Source: an uncultured Acidobacteriota bacterium (GTDB lineage: Bacteria; Acidobacteriota; Blastocatellia; RBC074). Taken from it: DNA of 64,000 nucleotides. Of this stretch, positions 9,697 through 19,489 are shown in pieces. The notes under the pieces are model-generated. The model searched no databases. It was not told where the DNA came from and saw only the letters and a list, made by a program, of their open reading frames with translations. How positions within the stretch are numbered: the stretch's first letter is position 1; each line of letters opens with the position of its first letter. The translations under genes and the position numbers were made by a program. The stretch lies in the NCBI GenBank assembly GCA_963796275.1, contig CAWCKY010000007.1:64001-128000 (forward strand). The letters are read 5' to 3'.

Positions 9697-10664
9697 TCAC
9701 GGATTCTCGAGCGTGGCATTGCCGTTCACCATCAAACGATCTGCTTTCACGGTGCCCCGAAGCGTGGCGGTACCGTTCAAGTTCACTGTTCCGTTCGGCG
9801 CGACGATCGTGGCGAGATGCGGACGCGGATCAGGCTGAGGCCGAACTGGCCGGGGCCCGTACCATAGAGCGTGTCCATCTGATCGTCTGTGAGCGGATCA
9901 AGGCCGGCATCCAGGAATACCACGCCGGCGCCAAACCCGTCGATCTGCTGGCGTGAGATGCCCGGGTTGACTGTGCATTCGCTCGGAGCCGGCGTTTCGC
10001 TGGTGACCACGCCATAGATCGCCAGGGCGAAGTCTCGGGCATTATTGCCGTTGATCCAACTGCGATTGCGATAAGCCGCGCCTCCCGCATACGTATCACT
10101 GATCGAGCGAAACCAGTTGATCGGTGAGGTCCCGCTGATACCGGAAATTTCGAACGCGTACATGCGGCCGCCGCGCAAAACCACTCGATCGCTGCCGGTG
10201 AAATCCAACCGGAGCAGCCCATTGGCCTGCGAGGTGTAAGTGATAGGCAGACCGGAGCCGGAACCAAACAGGTCAATGCCTGAACTGTAACTATTCGGAT
10301 TTGGCGCGATCCTGCCACCGAGATAGTAGAGATTGAGAGTGAGGGGGGCGGTGCCGGTCGTCCCGGTCCCGTCGCCCACATATAGGTAGATCGATTGCAG
10401 CTGGTAGTCGTTCCCCTGCGGGATAGTGACCGTCTGGCTGTAGCTCGTCGATCCTCCGCCTCCGCTGAAGCTTTCGCCCACCGTCGCTTGCGCGCTCGGA
10501 TTGCTCACCGTTGTTACGATCGGAGAGGCCGGCCAACTGGTTGCTCCCGGTCCGACATTTTGTGTGACGGTGATGTCAGCGAAGGCGAGCGTGCCAGCTA
10601 TTATTAGAACGGCTGTCGTGAGAAGAATGCGTAGCGTAGTGCCGTGATGGATGAGCGAAAGCAT
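9697..10664 (-). pseudogene. GH30-like glycoside hydrolase with a large internal deletion
   Basis: Signal peptide and beta-rich domain, then the GH30 start QQIDGFGAG...GQFGLSLIRVRISP. This is joined out of frame at ~9810 to a C-terminal tail TIVAPNGTVNLNGTATLRGTVKADRLMVNGNATLENP* (stop 9697-9699). The catalytic barrel is missing. Confidence 0.7.
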
Positions 10665-10899
10665 GACCTTTCTCCTTGGGAAACGAGCGCCAGGTTATGG
10701 TACCGCTCAAGGCCGGGCGCCTTCTTGGTATCGAGGTGTGCGAGCAGACGGCAAAGCTTTGGCTGGGACAGATTGACTGCAGCGCAATCATTCTTTCATC
10801 GAGGCTATAATTCGCGGCGCGCGCCTATAGGTAGGACTGCTGCGGGTTGTCAAGCAGAAAGTGGCTCTATTTCGACGATCCTGGATTGATCTGGTCAAC

Positions 10900-11039
10900 C
10901 ATATCTTTGACGATGTGCTCTTAGACTTGTCGCTCAATGTGATAGCGGAGTTCTTCATCGAGATACTACTCGACTTGCCGGCAGCGGAATAGCGAGCGCA
11001 ATCTTGGCGGTATGTGTAGAACCAGCGTGTGAACCGCAT
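10900..11039 (-). pseudogene. Decayed N-terminal fragment of an ADOP permease
   Basis: Reads MRFTRWFYT..PRLRSLFRCRQVE*YLDEELRYHIERQV*EHIVKDM across a frameshift and stops. It matches the start of the intact 11123-13843 gene. Confidence 0.75.
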
Positions 11040-11061
11040 CTCTCAAGTCTCCAGGGAAATC

Positions 11062-11120
11062 GTTTGGAGTTCCGCCTTCAGGCGGTCTGGGTTAACCGCA
11101 TTAAATGCGGAGCTTCAAAC
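11062..11120. repeat. Degenerate REP-like inverted repeat
   Basis: tttggagttccgccttcaggcgg ... ccgcattaaatgcggagcttcaaa. Confidence 0.55.
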
Positions 11121-11122
11121 GC

Positions 11123-13843
11123 TCAGTCGTGGCGCAGAGCGACCATCGGGTCGACTCGCGCGGCGCGTAAGGCAGGCATAAAACTCGCCAATCCCGCAAC
11201 CGCAGCCAACAAGCAGGCGGACGCAACAAGTGTCCAGGGATCGTGTGGTGAAAGGCCGAAGAGAAGAGCTCCGGCGCTCTTCGCCGCCGCGAGCGAAACG
11301 ACGGTTCCGATCCCCAGTCCGATCAAAAGCAACAATGCCATTTCCCGCAAGATCAACAACACGATGTCGGCGCGGCTGGCGCCGAGAGCCAGGCGAATCC
11401 CGATCTCGTTCCTCCGCCTGAGTACCATGTAGGATATGACGCCGTACAATCCGATCGTCGCCAGTACGGCTGCGAGAATTCCAAAGAAACCGGCGAGCCA
11501 GGCCATCAGGCGCTCCCGGATGAGCCCCTCGCGAACCTGCGTCTCGAAGACCTTGAACTGAACTGTTAAGTCTGGGCTGATAGCACCGACTCTGCGCCTG
11601 ACTTCGTTGATCACCCCGGTAAGCGGCGCTGAAGAGCGAATCACAATGAATGCCCACGGTCCGAGATCGGGGTACCGCGCTGTGGAGACATAGGTGATCG
11701 GAGGGATCGCCTCACGCAGATCGACATATTTCGTATCCTTGACAACTCCGATCACTTCATAAAGAGTCTCCGGATAGCCCGGTCCTGCCGCAATGCTACG
11801 CACGAGAGCTCCGACAGGATTACCGTTCGTGATGAATCGTCGCACGAATGTCTCGTTCACAAGTGCGACCTGGCGGGATGCCGCTATGTCGAAGTCATTG
11901 AAGTCTCGGCCGGCAAGCAGCGGTATATCCATCATCTTGAAATATCCTGGGCCGACATAGGCGAATTTCGAACTGTCTTCTTGTTTTCCCTCTAGGCCCT
12001 GTACCCTGACTCCCAGCGACATGTCAAAAAAGTCACTGGCTAAAGGTCTGTAAATGGTGGCAGCGGCGGATTCCACCTGTGGAACCGCCCGGATATGTTC
12101 CAGCAAATTCGTTCGGAATGCGACTACCTTTTCGCGGGGGAGCTGAAGTCGGTGTAAATTGACGTCAATGAAGAGAATTCCGTTCCGGCGAAAGCCAGCA
12201 TCCAATGTGATCAGGTTTCGAAAACTCCTCACAAAAAGCAATGCCCCGAACAGCAGCGCCAGCGAAAGCGCAATCTGCCCGATCACAAAGAAGCGCTGGA
12301 ATGAAAATCGTTCCCGGTTCGTCAGCCCGCGCCCACCTGATCTCATCGCCGCGACAGGCGCGACCTGCGAGGCCTGGAGCGCCGGTACGAGCCCGAATAC
12401 AATACAGGTAAGAACTGCGACTGAGGCCATAAAAACCAGGACCCGCCAGTCCGAACTCAGGTCGAGTTTCAGGTTATTGTCTTCCGTGTTGAGAAACGAG
12501 ATGAGGCCACGGCTCATCAATTGTGCCAGACCGGCGCCGAGCGCAGCGCCGGAACCTGCGAGCAGCAGGCTTTCTGAGAGCATCTGTCGGATCAGCCGCC
12601 CGCGCGATGCGCCCAGCGCCACGCGCACCGCGATCTCTCGTTCCCTTGCGCTCGCCCGCGCGAGCAAAAGGTTGGCGATATTCGCACATGCAATCAAAAG
12701 CACCATACCGGTGATCACCAGCAGCGACCAGAGCGATGTCTCGTAGCTATCTCGCAAAGGGCTGACACCCTTTCCTGCCGCCGCCGCTGTCAGCCGGCAT
12801 TTCCGATACCTATCATTAGTGGAACCACCATAGCCGATCGGCACCGTTGCCTCGAAGATGCCGGGGCTGATGGTATTCAAGTGTTCAGACGCACTGGCCA
12901 AAGTCCAATCTCGTTTCAAGCGGCCCATGACGACTAACCACCAGATGTTTCTTTTTGCCAGCTCGTCTTCTCGCTCGCAGATCGGCAACGCAACGTCAAA
13001 GCTCTTTCCGACTACGAGGCCGAAAAATCCCGGCGGCGTCACGCCGATCACCGTGTGCGGCTGGTCCCCAATAATCAAGGTCCTGCCGATCACCGAGTCC
13101 TCACCACCAAAATAGTTTTGCCAGAACGCATAACTTATTACCGCCCCTGCCTCACCGCATCCGGGACGGTCATCACTTGCCGTGAAGAGACGTCCCTTCA
13201 CCGGCACGACGCCAAGGACGGAGAAGAGATCGCCGCTTACCCAGAAACCGTTGAATCGGCGCATCTCTGTTCCCTGACCGACGGCGAAGGAATCGTCTCC
13301 CCAGGCGAAAATGCCGGAGAATGCTTTTTGGTGCTCGCGAATTTGTTCCCACAAAGGGTTTGTAATCTGAACGTACGGGTTGGCATAGAACCCCATCCCA
13401 GGCTGGCCTCCGGCGATTCGCACTTCAGCCAACTCCTGTGGATTGGCCACCGGCAGGCTGCGCAATCGGACGGCATTGAGTAACTGGAAGATCGCGGCAT
13501 TAGCGCCAATCCCGAGCGCCAGTGAAAGAATCGCGACCGCCGTGAAGCCTGGGCTGCGGCGAAGCACCCGGACGGCATAGCGAAGGTCGTGTAGCATGTT
13601 TTCGATCAACCCTACGCGTCGCATATCGCGGCACTCCTCCTTGCGCCGCTCGAGGCCGCCCAAAGCGCGCATCGCGGCATAACGAGACTCCTCCGGCGTC
13701 ATACCTCTGGTGACGTTCTCTTCGATTTGCCGCTCGAAGTGATAGCGGAGTTCCTCGTTCAGTTCCTTCTCAACTTGTCGGCGGCGGAAGAGCGAGCGTA
13801 ACCGCAATGGGATAGTATAAAACCAGTGTTTGATCCGCATCAC
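11123..13843 (-). CDS. ADOP-family duplicated ABC permease (MacB/FtsX-like)
   Basis: Permease prefix (ELNEELRYHFERQ), DLRYAVRVLRRSPGFT, LLIACANIANLLLARASAREREIAVRVALGA, a second FtsX unit, and terminal RAARVDPMVALRHD. Confidence 0.95.
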   Translation of the reverse strand: MMRIKHWFYTIPLRLRSLFRRRQVEKELNEELRYHFERQIEENVTRGMTPEESRYAAMRALGGLERRKEECRDMRRVGLIENMLHDLRYAVRVLRRSPGFTAVAILSLALGIGANAAIFQLLNAVRLRSLPVANPQELAEVRIAGGQPGMGFYANPYVQITNPLWEQIREHQKAFSGIFAWGDDSFAVGQGTEMRRFNGFWVSGDLFSVLGVVPVKGRLFTASDDRPGCGEAGAVISYAFWQNYFGGEDSVIGRTLIIGDQPHTVIGVTPPGFFGLVVGKSFDVALPICEREDELAKRNIWWLVVMGRLKRDWTLASASEHLNTISPGIFEATVPIGYGGSTNDRYRKCRLTAAAAGKGVSPLRDSYETSLWSLLVITGMVLLIACANIANLLLARASAREREIAVRVALGASRGRLIRQMLSESLLLAGSGAALGAGLAQLMSRGLISFLNTEDNNLKLDLSSDWRVLVFMASVAVLTCIVFGLVPALQASQVAPVAAMRSGGRGLTNRERFSFQRFFVIGQIALSLALLFGALLFVRSFRNLITLDAGFRRNGILFIDVNLHRLQLPREKVVAFRTNLLEHIRAVPQVESAAATIYRPLASDFFDMSLGVRVQGLEGKQEDSSKFAYVGPGYFKMMDIPLLAGRDFNDFDIAASRQVALVNETFVRRFITNGNPVGALVRSIAAGPGYPETLYEVIGVVKDTKYVDLREAIPPITYVSTARYPDLGPWAFIVIRSSAPLTGVINEVRRRVGAISPDLTVQFKVFETQVREGLIRERLMAWLAGFFGILAAVLATIGLYGVISYMVLRRRNEIGIRLALGASRADIVLLILREMALLLLIGLGIGTVVSLAAAKSAGALLFGLSPHDPWTLVASACLLAAVAGLASFMPALRAARVDPMVALRHD

Positions 13844-14237
13844 TCAAACCTCCTTGAGTTTTTCCACGCGAGATGGCGCTAGAGAAGCAATTCCAGTTGG
13901 CGGCCTTATTCACAACTCATGTCGACCGAACCGTGTTAATTTGCCGCGACGGTTTTTCTATATCTCGGTTTCCAATCTGCAGTAATCCAACTTATTGCTT
14001 AAGGTTTATACAGGGGAAGGTATTGAGAAGCCGTCGCTAACTTGCAGGACGTAGGTCCAAGTCTACTCATATCAGCCTCCATTGGTTACCGAGATGAGTG
14101 TAGTCCAACCCCTCTCGGTAAGCAAGAGGACAGTGGTAGGCGAAGCCTTGAAGTTCATTTATCGCCGCATATTGGCGCCGAGCTTAGTTATGATGATCGC
14201 GCGTTCCAATGACCCGAGAAAGATGGCTCCCCTCTCT

Positions 14238-15864
14238 TTATTGCGATCCAGCCTTTATAATACGCATCAGATTGCGCTGAGTGGTCTGCATCTCCTCGCT
14301 CTTGGCCTGACTGAATTTGTTGAAGAGTTGTTGGGCGCGAGCAGTTTGCCCCATTCGCTGAAGCGCTTGCGCCAGTTGATAGGTGGCCGCCGGATCCTCT
14401 GGATCCAGATCGAGTGCCTTCTCCAATTGCTCAGCCGCTCTGGCCACCTGGCCGCGACGGAGCAGCATTTTCCCCAGCAGAGCGCGCGATTGCGGCAGCC
14501 CCGGATCCAACTGAATGGACTTCTCCAGGGCAGTGATTGCTTCTCTCTCCGCTTCTGTTCCTGACCGGGTACGACTCAACGCTTCTCCAAGAAGCCAAAA
14601 CACGCGGGGATCGTTGGGAGTGCGCTCGGTTTGCCGCCGCAAGAGGGCAATGGCCTCGGGACCTTTATCCATCTGGATGAGGGCTAGTGCCTGGGCAACC
14701 CGAGGTAACGCTTCATCGGGCGAAAGTTGTCCAGCGGTCTCAAACTCCCTGACTGCTTGCTCAAGCCTGCCCTTCATTACCAGGACCACGCCCCTGTGCA
14801 AACGCAGGCGCGGAGATTCAGGGATCAATCGAGCGCCGATGTCGGCGATTTCCAAGCTGAGGTCGAAATTCTCGTGTCTCAAGCAGAGAGCGATCAGGTC
14901 GAGGTAATTTGCTTCGTCTTTCGGCTCGAGCTCCACGGCCGCGCGGAGGGCATCGTAAGCCCGTTTCCTTTGCCCGTTCCGCTCGTAAGCCTGCGCCAGC
15001 AGGTTGTAAATTTCGGCTTTACGATGGCCGGAGGCCAGCATCTCTTCACCGGACCGGATTGCTGATGCAAGGTTTCCATTCTTGACCAGCACCAGTGTCA
15101 GGTTGTATCCCACCTGATAGGGATCCGGGTATCCCTGTCGAGCCAACTCGAATCGGTGGGCGGCAGCATCGTACCTTTCCATTCGGGCGAGCAAGACCCC
15201 GGCATGGAACCTGAGTATTCGCCTCTGCCTCAGATAAGTTTGATGGAATATTTTCCAGGAGCGCTGTAGCTTTGGCGGGCTGCTTGGCTTCGAGATAGCT
15301 GGTGGCGAACTTGATCGTCACGCGAGGGTCTTTCCGACCCATGTCGCCGCTTTGCTCGTAGTGATCCACCGCGCGCTCGAAGTCGCGTGCTACAAATGCG
15401 ATCTCTGCCAGTCCCCAGTGACAGGCCGGGTCCCGGGGCATCAACTTTAATGCAGCCTCAAAATGAAGCTTGGCATCTCGCTGTCTGCCAAGAGCCAGTT
15501 CATTGACCGCCATGTTCTTGAGCGCCGGGACAAACTTCGGGTCCAGCGCCAGGACTTTCTCGAATTGCTCGTTCGCTTCTTCTCGCTTGCCCGCACCGGA
15601 GAGAGCGATTCCCAGCAGGTTACGAGCTTTGAGATCGACAGGTGAGCGATCAAGAATCTGCTGCAAGAGAAGGATGGCTTGATCGAACTCTCTCTTTTGC
15701 ACAAGATTCATCGCAGCCTGGTAGTTCGAACCTTGTGCCCAGACAGAGCCTGCCCACGCTCCTAACGTGCAGAGCAACCACAATGCCGGCAAAAATTTAT
15801 GTCGTCTGAGCACCTGTATTCTCCGGATTGAGAGGATAGGAGTGCGCCACCTAATCATATTCAA
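14238..15864 (-). CDS. Secreted TPR-repeat protein with one +1 frameshift at ~15210
   Basis: ORFs 15046-15864 and 14238-15194 join if one G is removed (act cag [g] ttc cat gcc ggg gtc ttg ctc gcc). TPR repeats run continuously. Confidence 0.85.
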
Positions 15865-16061
15865 TCCACCTTAACATCATACTATACGACCAATTAGACT
15901 AACTCTATGATCGTTTCCCACAAAAATGCGTACGATCTTTGCTTGGATATAGCAGCTTCGAATAAATTTGGAAACCCCGTACGAATTTTTTGAGTGGCCA
16001 TTATGCCGTTGCTGTCGGTCCTCGAGACCGTTCCATTCCAATGCCAAGGGAGGGCCGGCCC

Positions 16062-19000
16062 ATGATCTTTAGGGAATATAAAATATTTAGAATATTTAGA
16101 AGTATCGCGAAAACTGCCGCTTATTTGTTGTTCGTTTTGGCTTTTACCAGCCTTGAGGGGGTGGCTCAGTTTCGGAGCGCCATTGAAGGCACGGTGATAG
16201 ACCCGAATGGAGGGATCGTGGCGGAAGCTGATGTAATTCTCGCTAATATAGATACCGGCATCAGCCAGACGGCGAGGACCAATACCGCAGGATATTACAG
16301 TTTTCCTTCTCTGCCGCCGGGGAAGTACAAGATCACCGTTTCCGCCAAGGGCTTCGCGTCCGTGAGGCAGGAGAACATCATACTTGGCGGTGCCGAGACG
16401 CGAACGATATCGCTCGCGCTGAAAGTGGGTGATGTCACTGAGATGGTTACCGTCACATCCGATCCTTCGCCGGTGCAAAGTTCAGAAGCCAAGGTCGCTT
16501 CGAATATTTCTGAAGCGCAAATCCGGAACCTCCCAATTGCCGGACGGAACATTTTGGATCTCGTATCGCTGGCTCCCGGCGTGACTGGAGTCGGTAACCT
16601 CAGCAGCCAGGCCGGCAGCCTGGATATCTTCAGTCTTGTCGGTGAGCCGAAAGTGAATGCGAACGGTCTACGTGGAGACGGGAACGGTTTTTATGTGGAT
16701 GGTATATCGGCCAATAGCAATCCCGATCCAGGCACCGTCTATGTAACTCTCAACCCCGATTCGATCGCGGAGTTCAGCGTGGCCTTGAACGACTACTCCG
16801 CGGAGTACGGACGAAGCGGATCGATCGTAGTTAACGCCGTTTCCAAGTCGGGCAGCAACAGCGTACATGGTTCTCTCTTCGAGTATCACCGGAATAACAA
16901 ACTCATGGCACGCAACGTCTATCAGAACACGCCGAACCCGAATACCGGCCGCACTCTGCCGGTCTCACGGCGAAACGAGTTCGGATTCTCGCTGGGCGGC
17001 CCTATTCAAAGAGACAAGATGTTCTTCTTCGGCAGCATGGACATACTCCGCTCGTCCGACACGGTGACAGACCAGGTTACTGTCGAAACCCCGGAATTCG
17101 TCAATTTCTTGAGAGCGAATTACCCCGATAACATCTCGACCTCCCTCCTGACCAGTTTCCCCGCCGGTGATATCGGACCGTTCCAGGCAGGGGCCATTCA
17201 GACGGTCGCGGATGTCATGGCAGTCTCGGGGTTTACAGAATGCTCGGGCACAGGCCCACTGGGTATGCCCTGCGGCATGCCGATGCGCGGGTCGGTCGTT
17301 CGGAGCTTCGCCCCAACCCGCAACGGAATGCAATGGAATGTGCGAGTGGACCGATACTTCAACGATTCCAAAGACCGGGTGCACGTCAATTATCAAAGAA
17401 GAACCGCAGATGTCGAAGGCCAGCAGCTCCGGACAGAGTTCCGAAACGCGTTCGCCGCCAAACCAATTACCTACTACGCCAATGTCAACTGGACGCATAC
17501 ATTCAGTCCTTCGATGATCAACGAAGCCGCTATTGGCTTCACCAGGTTCCAGGGCGGCCAGGAATGTTCTCATTGTGAAATACCGCCCATAGGCACCGGG
17601 AATGGGCTGGGTTCCCTGCAGGTGCCGGGAGGATTCGGCAACGGTTTTGCGCCGGCGCTCTTCATCCAGAATGATTGGAACTGGCGGGACGTTTTATCGG
17701 TCAACCGTGGCAAGCATGCCTTGAAGGTCGGCGTCGAGATATTCCGCGACCAGGAGAATGATCTCTTCAGCGGACCACAACAGCGACCCGGGTACGAATT
17801 CTTGAATATCTTCGATTTCGCCGCTGACACTGTGCAGAATCAAACCGGCGTCAATTACGACCTGCGAGACGGCGCTCCGGCATTTCAGGATGTCCAATAC
17901 CGGACGACCACGTTTGGTCTTTTCGTCCAGGATAATTGGAAGGTAAAAAAGAATTTCTCGCTCAACCTGGGATTGCGCTGGGATTTCTCTTCGAATCCCT
18001 ATGAGAAGAATGGCCGGATGAGCACTATCGCACCGGGCGCCGGATCGACTTTTCAAGAACGCATGACCAATGCCTCGGTAGGTATTGTTCCGAACCTCTT
18101 TGAAAAACACCGCATCGGCTACTTCGCGCCGCGCTTGAGTTTTGCCTGGACGCCGGCTGGCTTAGAGAATCGTATGAGCATCCGAGGCGGCATGGGAGTT
18201 TTTATGAGCCGGTGGCCGAACATCGCCTGGAGCGATCGGATCCGCGCCAATCCGCCATTCCAGGCCGGGATCACCGCCAGTACCCAGACTCCGGATGGTC
18301 CGCAACCAGCATACGGGCTTTGCCGGCTCGATATGTCACCATTCAACTGCCCTTTCCCCACAGGACTCCAAATCGGCGTCAATGAGCGCGGCGGACCCAT
18401 CGGAGCAAGAGCGGCCATCGGAGGGACCGCGCCTGACCTCAGGTATGCCTATACGATCAACCGCTTCTTCGGCATTCAGTACGCTTTCACATCAAACTGG
18501 ATCCTCGAGGCAAACTATTTGGGTTCGCAGGCCGTCCATCTATACACGAATACCGACCGAAACCGGTTTGCTGGAGACCTGAGTTTTGACGGGGTTCTCG
18601 ACCGGTTGAACCCATACTTTGCCGGCATGAGTTACACGGATAACAGCGGTTGGTCTCATTACGACGGCGGCACAATTTCGCTCAACAAGCGGTTCAATCG
18701 AGGGTACACCTTCATGACCTCTTTCACCTTTGGCAAGGCGATCAGCGTTCAGGACGCTACCGGCGTCGGGCGCGACAGCCTCCAATCACCGGTCGTCGAT
18801 GCCAACAACATCAATGCCCAGCGCGGCCTGGCCTCTTTCGATATTCCCAAGAGGCTTTCCTCGAGCTTAGTGTACGAGGTTCCCAAAACCCTTTTCGGAA
18901 GGCGATTGGCGAGTGCCATTCTGGGCAACTGGCAATTGGGCGCCACCGGCAGCTTCCAGGACGGGTATCCGTTCTGGGTCGTCGCCGGGCAGGACCTCAA

Positions 19001-19427
19001 CGGTGATGGCAATAATTTCGACGTGCCAAACATCCCATCATTCGGAAGCTCCAGACGCGCCGACCGATCCGATTTTATCGCCGGATTTATGAGCGCGGCG
19101 GATTTCCCTCTGCCGGAGTGCACGAGGCGCAACGAAACAGGCGCTTGCGTGGGTTGGGCTCGAGGTGGTGATCTCGGGCGCAACACCTTCCGGGGGCCCG
19201 GATTAGCCCTGGTAGACTTCAGCCTCGGTAGAAGCTTCAGCATACCCTGGTTTTACAGTAAGGAGGGCGCTCGTTTCCAGTTCCGTGCTGAGTTCTACAA
19301 TCTGTTTAATCGAGTCAATTTGGATCCACGCACTGTCGTTGCCAATCTAACGGATGTGAATTTCAGCCGTGCCACAGGTGTTTTCTACCCGCGCACGGTC
19401 CAGTTGAGCGCGCGAATCGAATTCTAA
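16062..19427 (+). CDS. TonB-dependent receptor, Oar-like, with a carboxypeptidase-regulatory N-terminal domain (start uncertain)
   Basis: GTVIDPNG...YSFPSLPPGKYKITV, YSAEYGRSG, KSGSNSVHGSLFEY, QDNWKV, and a C-terminal beta-strand ending PRTVQLSARIEF. Confidence 0.93.
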   Translation: MIFREYKIFRIFRSIAKTAAYLLFVLAFTSLEGVAQFRSAIEGTVIDPNGGIVAEADVILANIDTGISQTARTNTAGYYSFPSLPPGKYKITVSAKGFASVRQENIILGGAETRTISLALKVGDVTEMVTVTSDPSPVQSSEAKVASNISEAQIRNLPIAGRNILDLVSLAPGVTGVGNLSSQAGSLDIFSLVGEPKVNANGLRGDGNGFYVDGISANSNPDPGTVYVTLNPDSIAEFSVALNDYSAEYGRSGSIVVNAVSKSGSNSVHGSLFEYHRNNKLMARNVYQNTPNPNTGRTLPVSRRNEFGFSLGGPIQRDKMFFFGSMDILRSSDTVTDQVTVETPEFVNFLRANYPDNISTSLLTSFPAGDIGPFQAGAIQTVADVMAVSGFTECSGTGPLGMPCGMPMRGSVVRSFAPTRNGMQWNVRVDRYFNDSKDRVHVNYQRRTADVEGQQLRTEFRNAFAAKPITYYANVNWTHTFSPSMINEAAIGFTRFQGGQECSHCEIPPIGTGNGLGSLQVPGGFGNGFAPALFIQNDWNWRDVLSVNRGKHALKVGVEIFRDQENDLFSGPQQRPGYEFLNIFDFAADTVQNQTGVNYDLRDGAPAFQDVQYRTTTFGLFVQDNWKVKKNFSLNLGLRWDFSSNPYEKNGRMSTIAPGAGSTFQERMTNASVGIVPNLFEKHRIGYFAPRLSFAWTPAGLENRMSIRGGMGVFMSRWPNIAWSDRIRANPPFQAGITASTQTPDGPQPAYGLCRLDMSPFNCPFPTGLQIGVNERGGPIGARAAIGGTAPDLRYAYTINRFFGIQYAFTSNWILEANYLGSQAVHLYTNTDRNRFAGDLSFDGVLDRLNPYFAGMSYTDNSGWSHYDGGTISLNKRFNRGYTFMTSFTFGKAISVQDATGVGRDSLQSPVVDANNINAQRGLASFDIPKRLSSSLVYEVPKTLFGRRLASAILGNWQLGATGSFQDGYPFWVVAGQDLNGDGNNFDVPNIPSFGSSRRADRSDFIAGFMSAADFPLPECTRRNETGACVGWARGGDLGRNTFRGPGLALVDFSLGRSFSIPWFYSKEGARFQFRAEFYNLFNRVNLDPRTVVANLTDVNFSRATGVFYPRTVQLSARIEF

Positions 19428-19489
19428 ACAACCAGGCGCTTTGCCGGCTTACGCGGTCAAGTGCACTTAGATTCAGCAGTCGAATTTAT

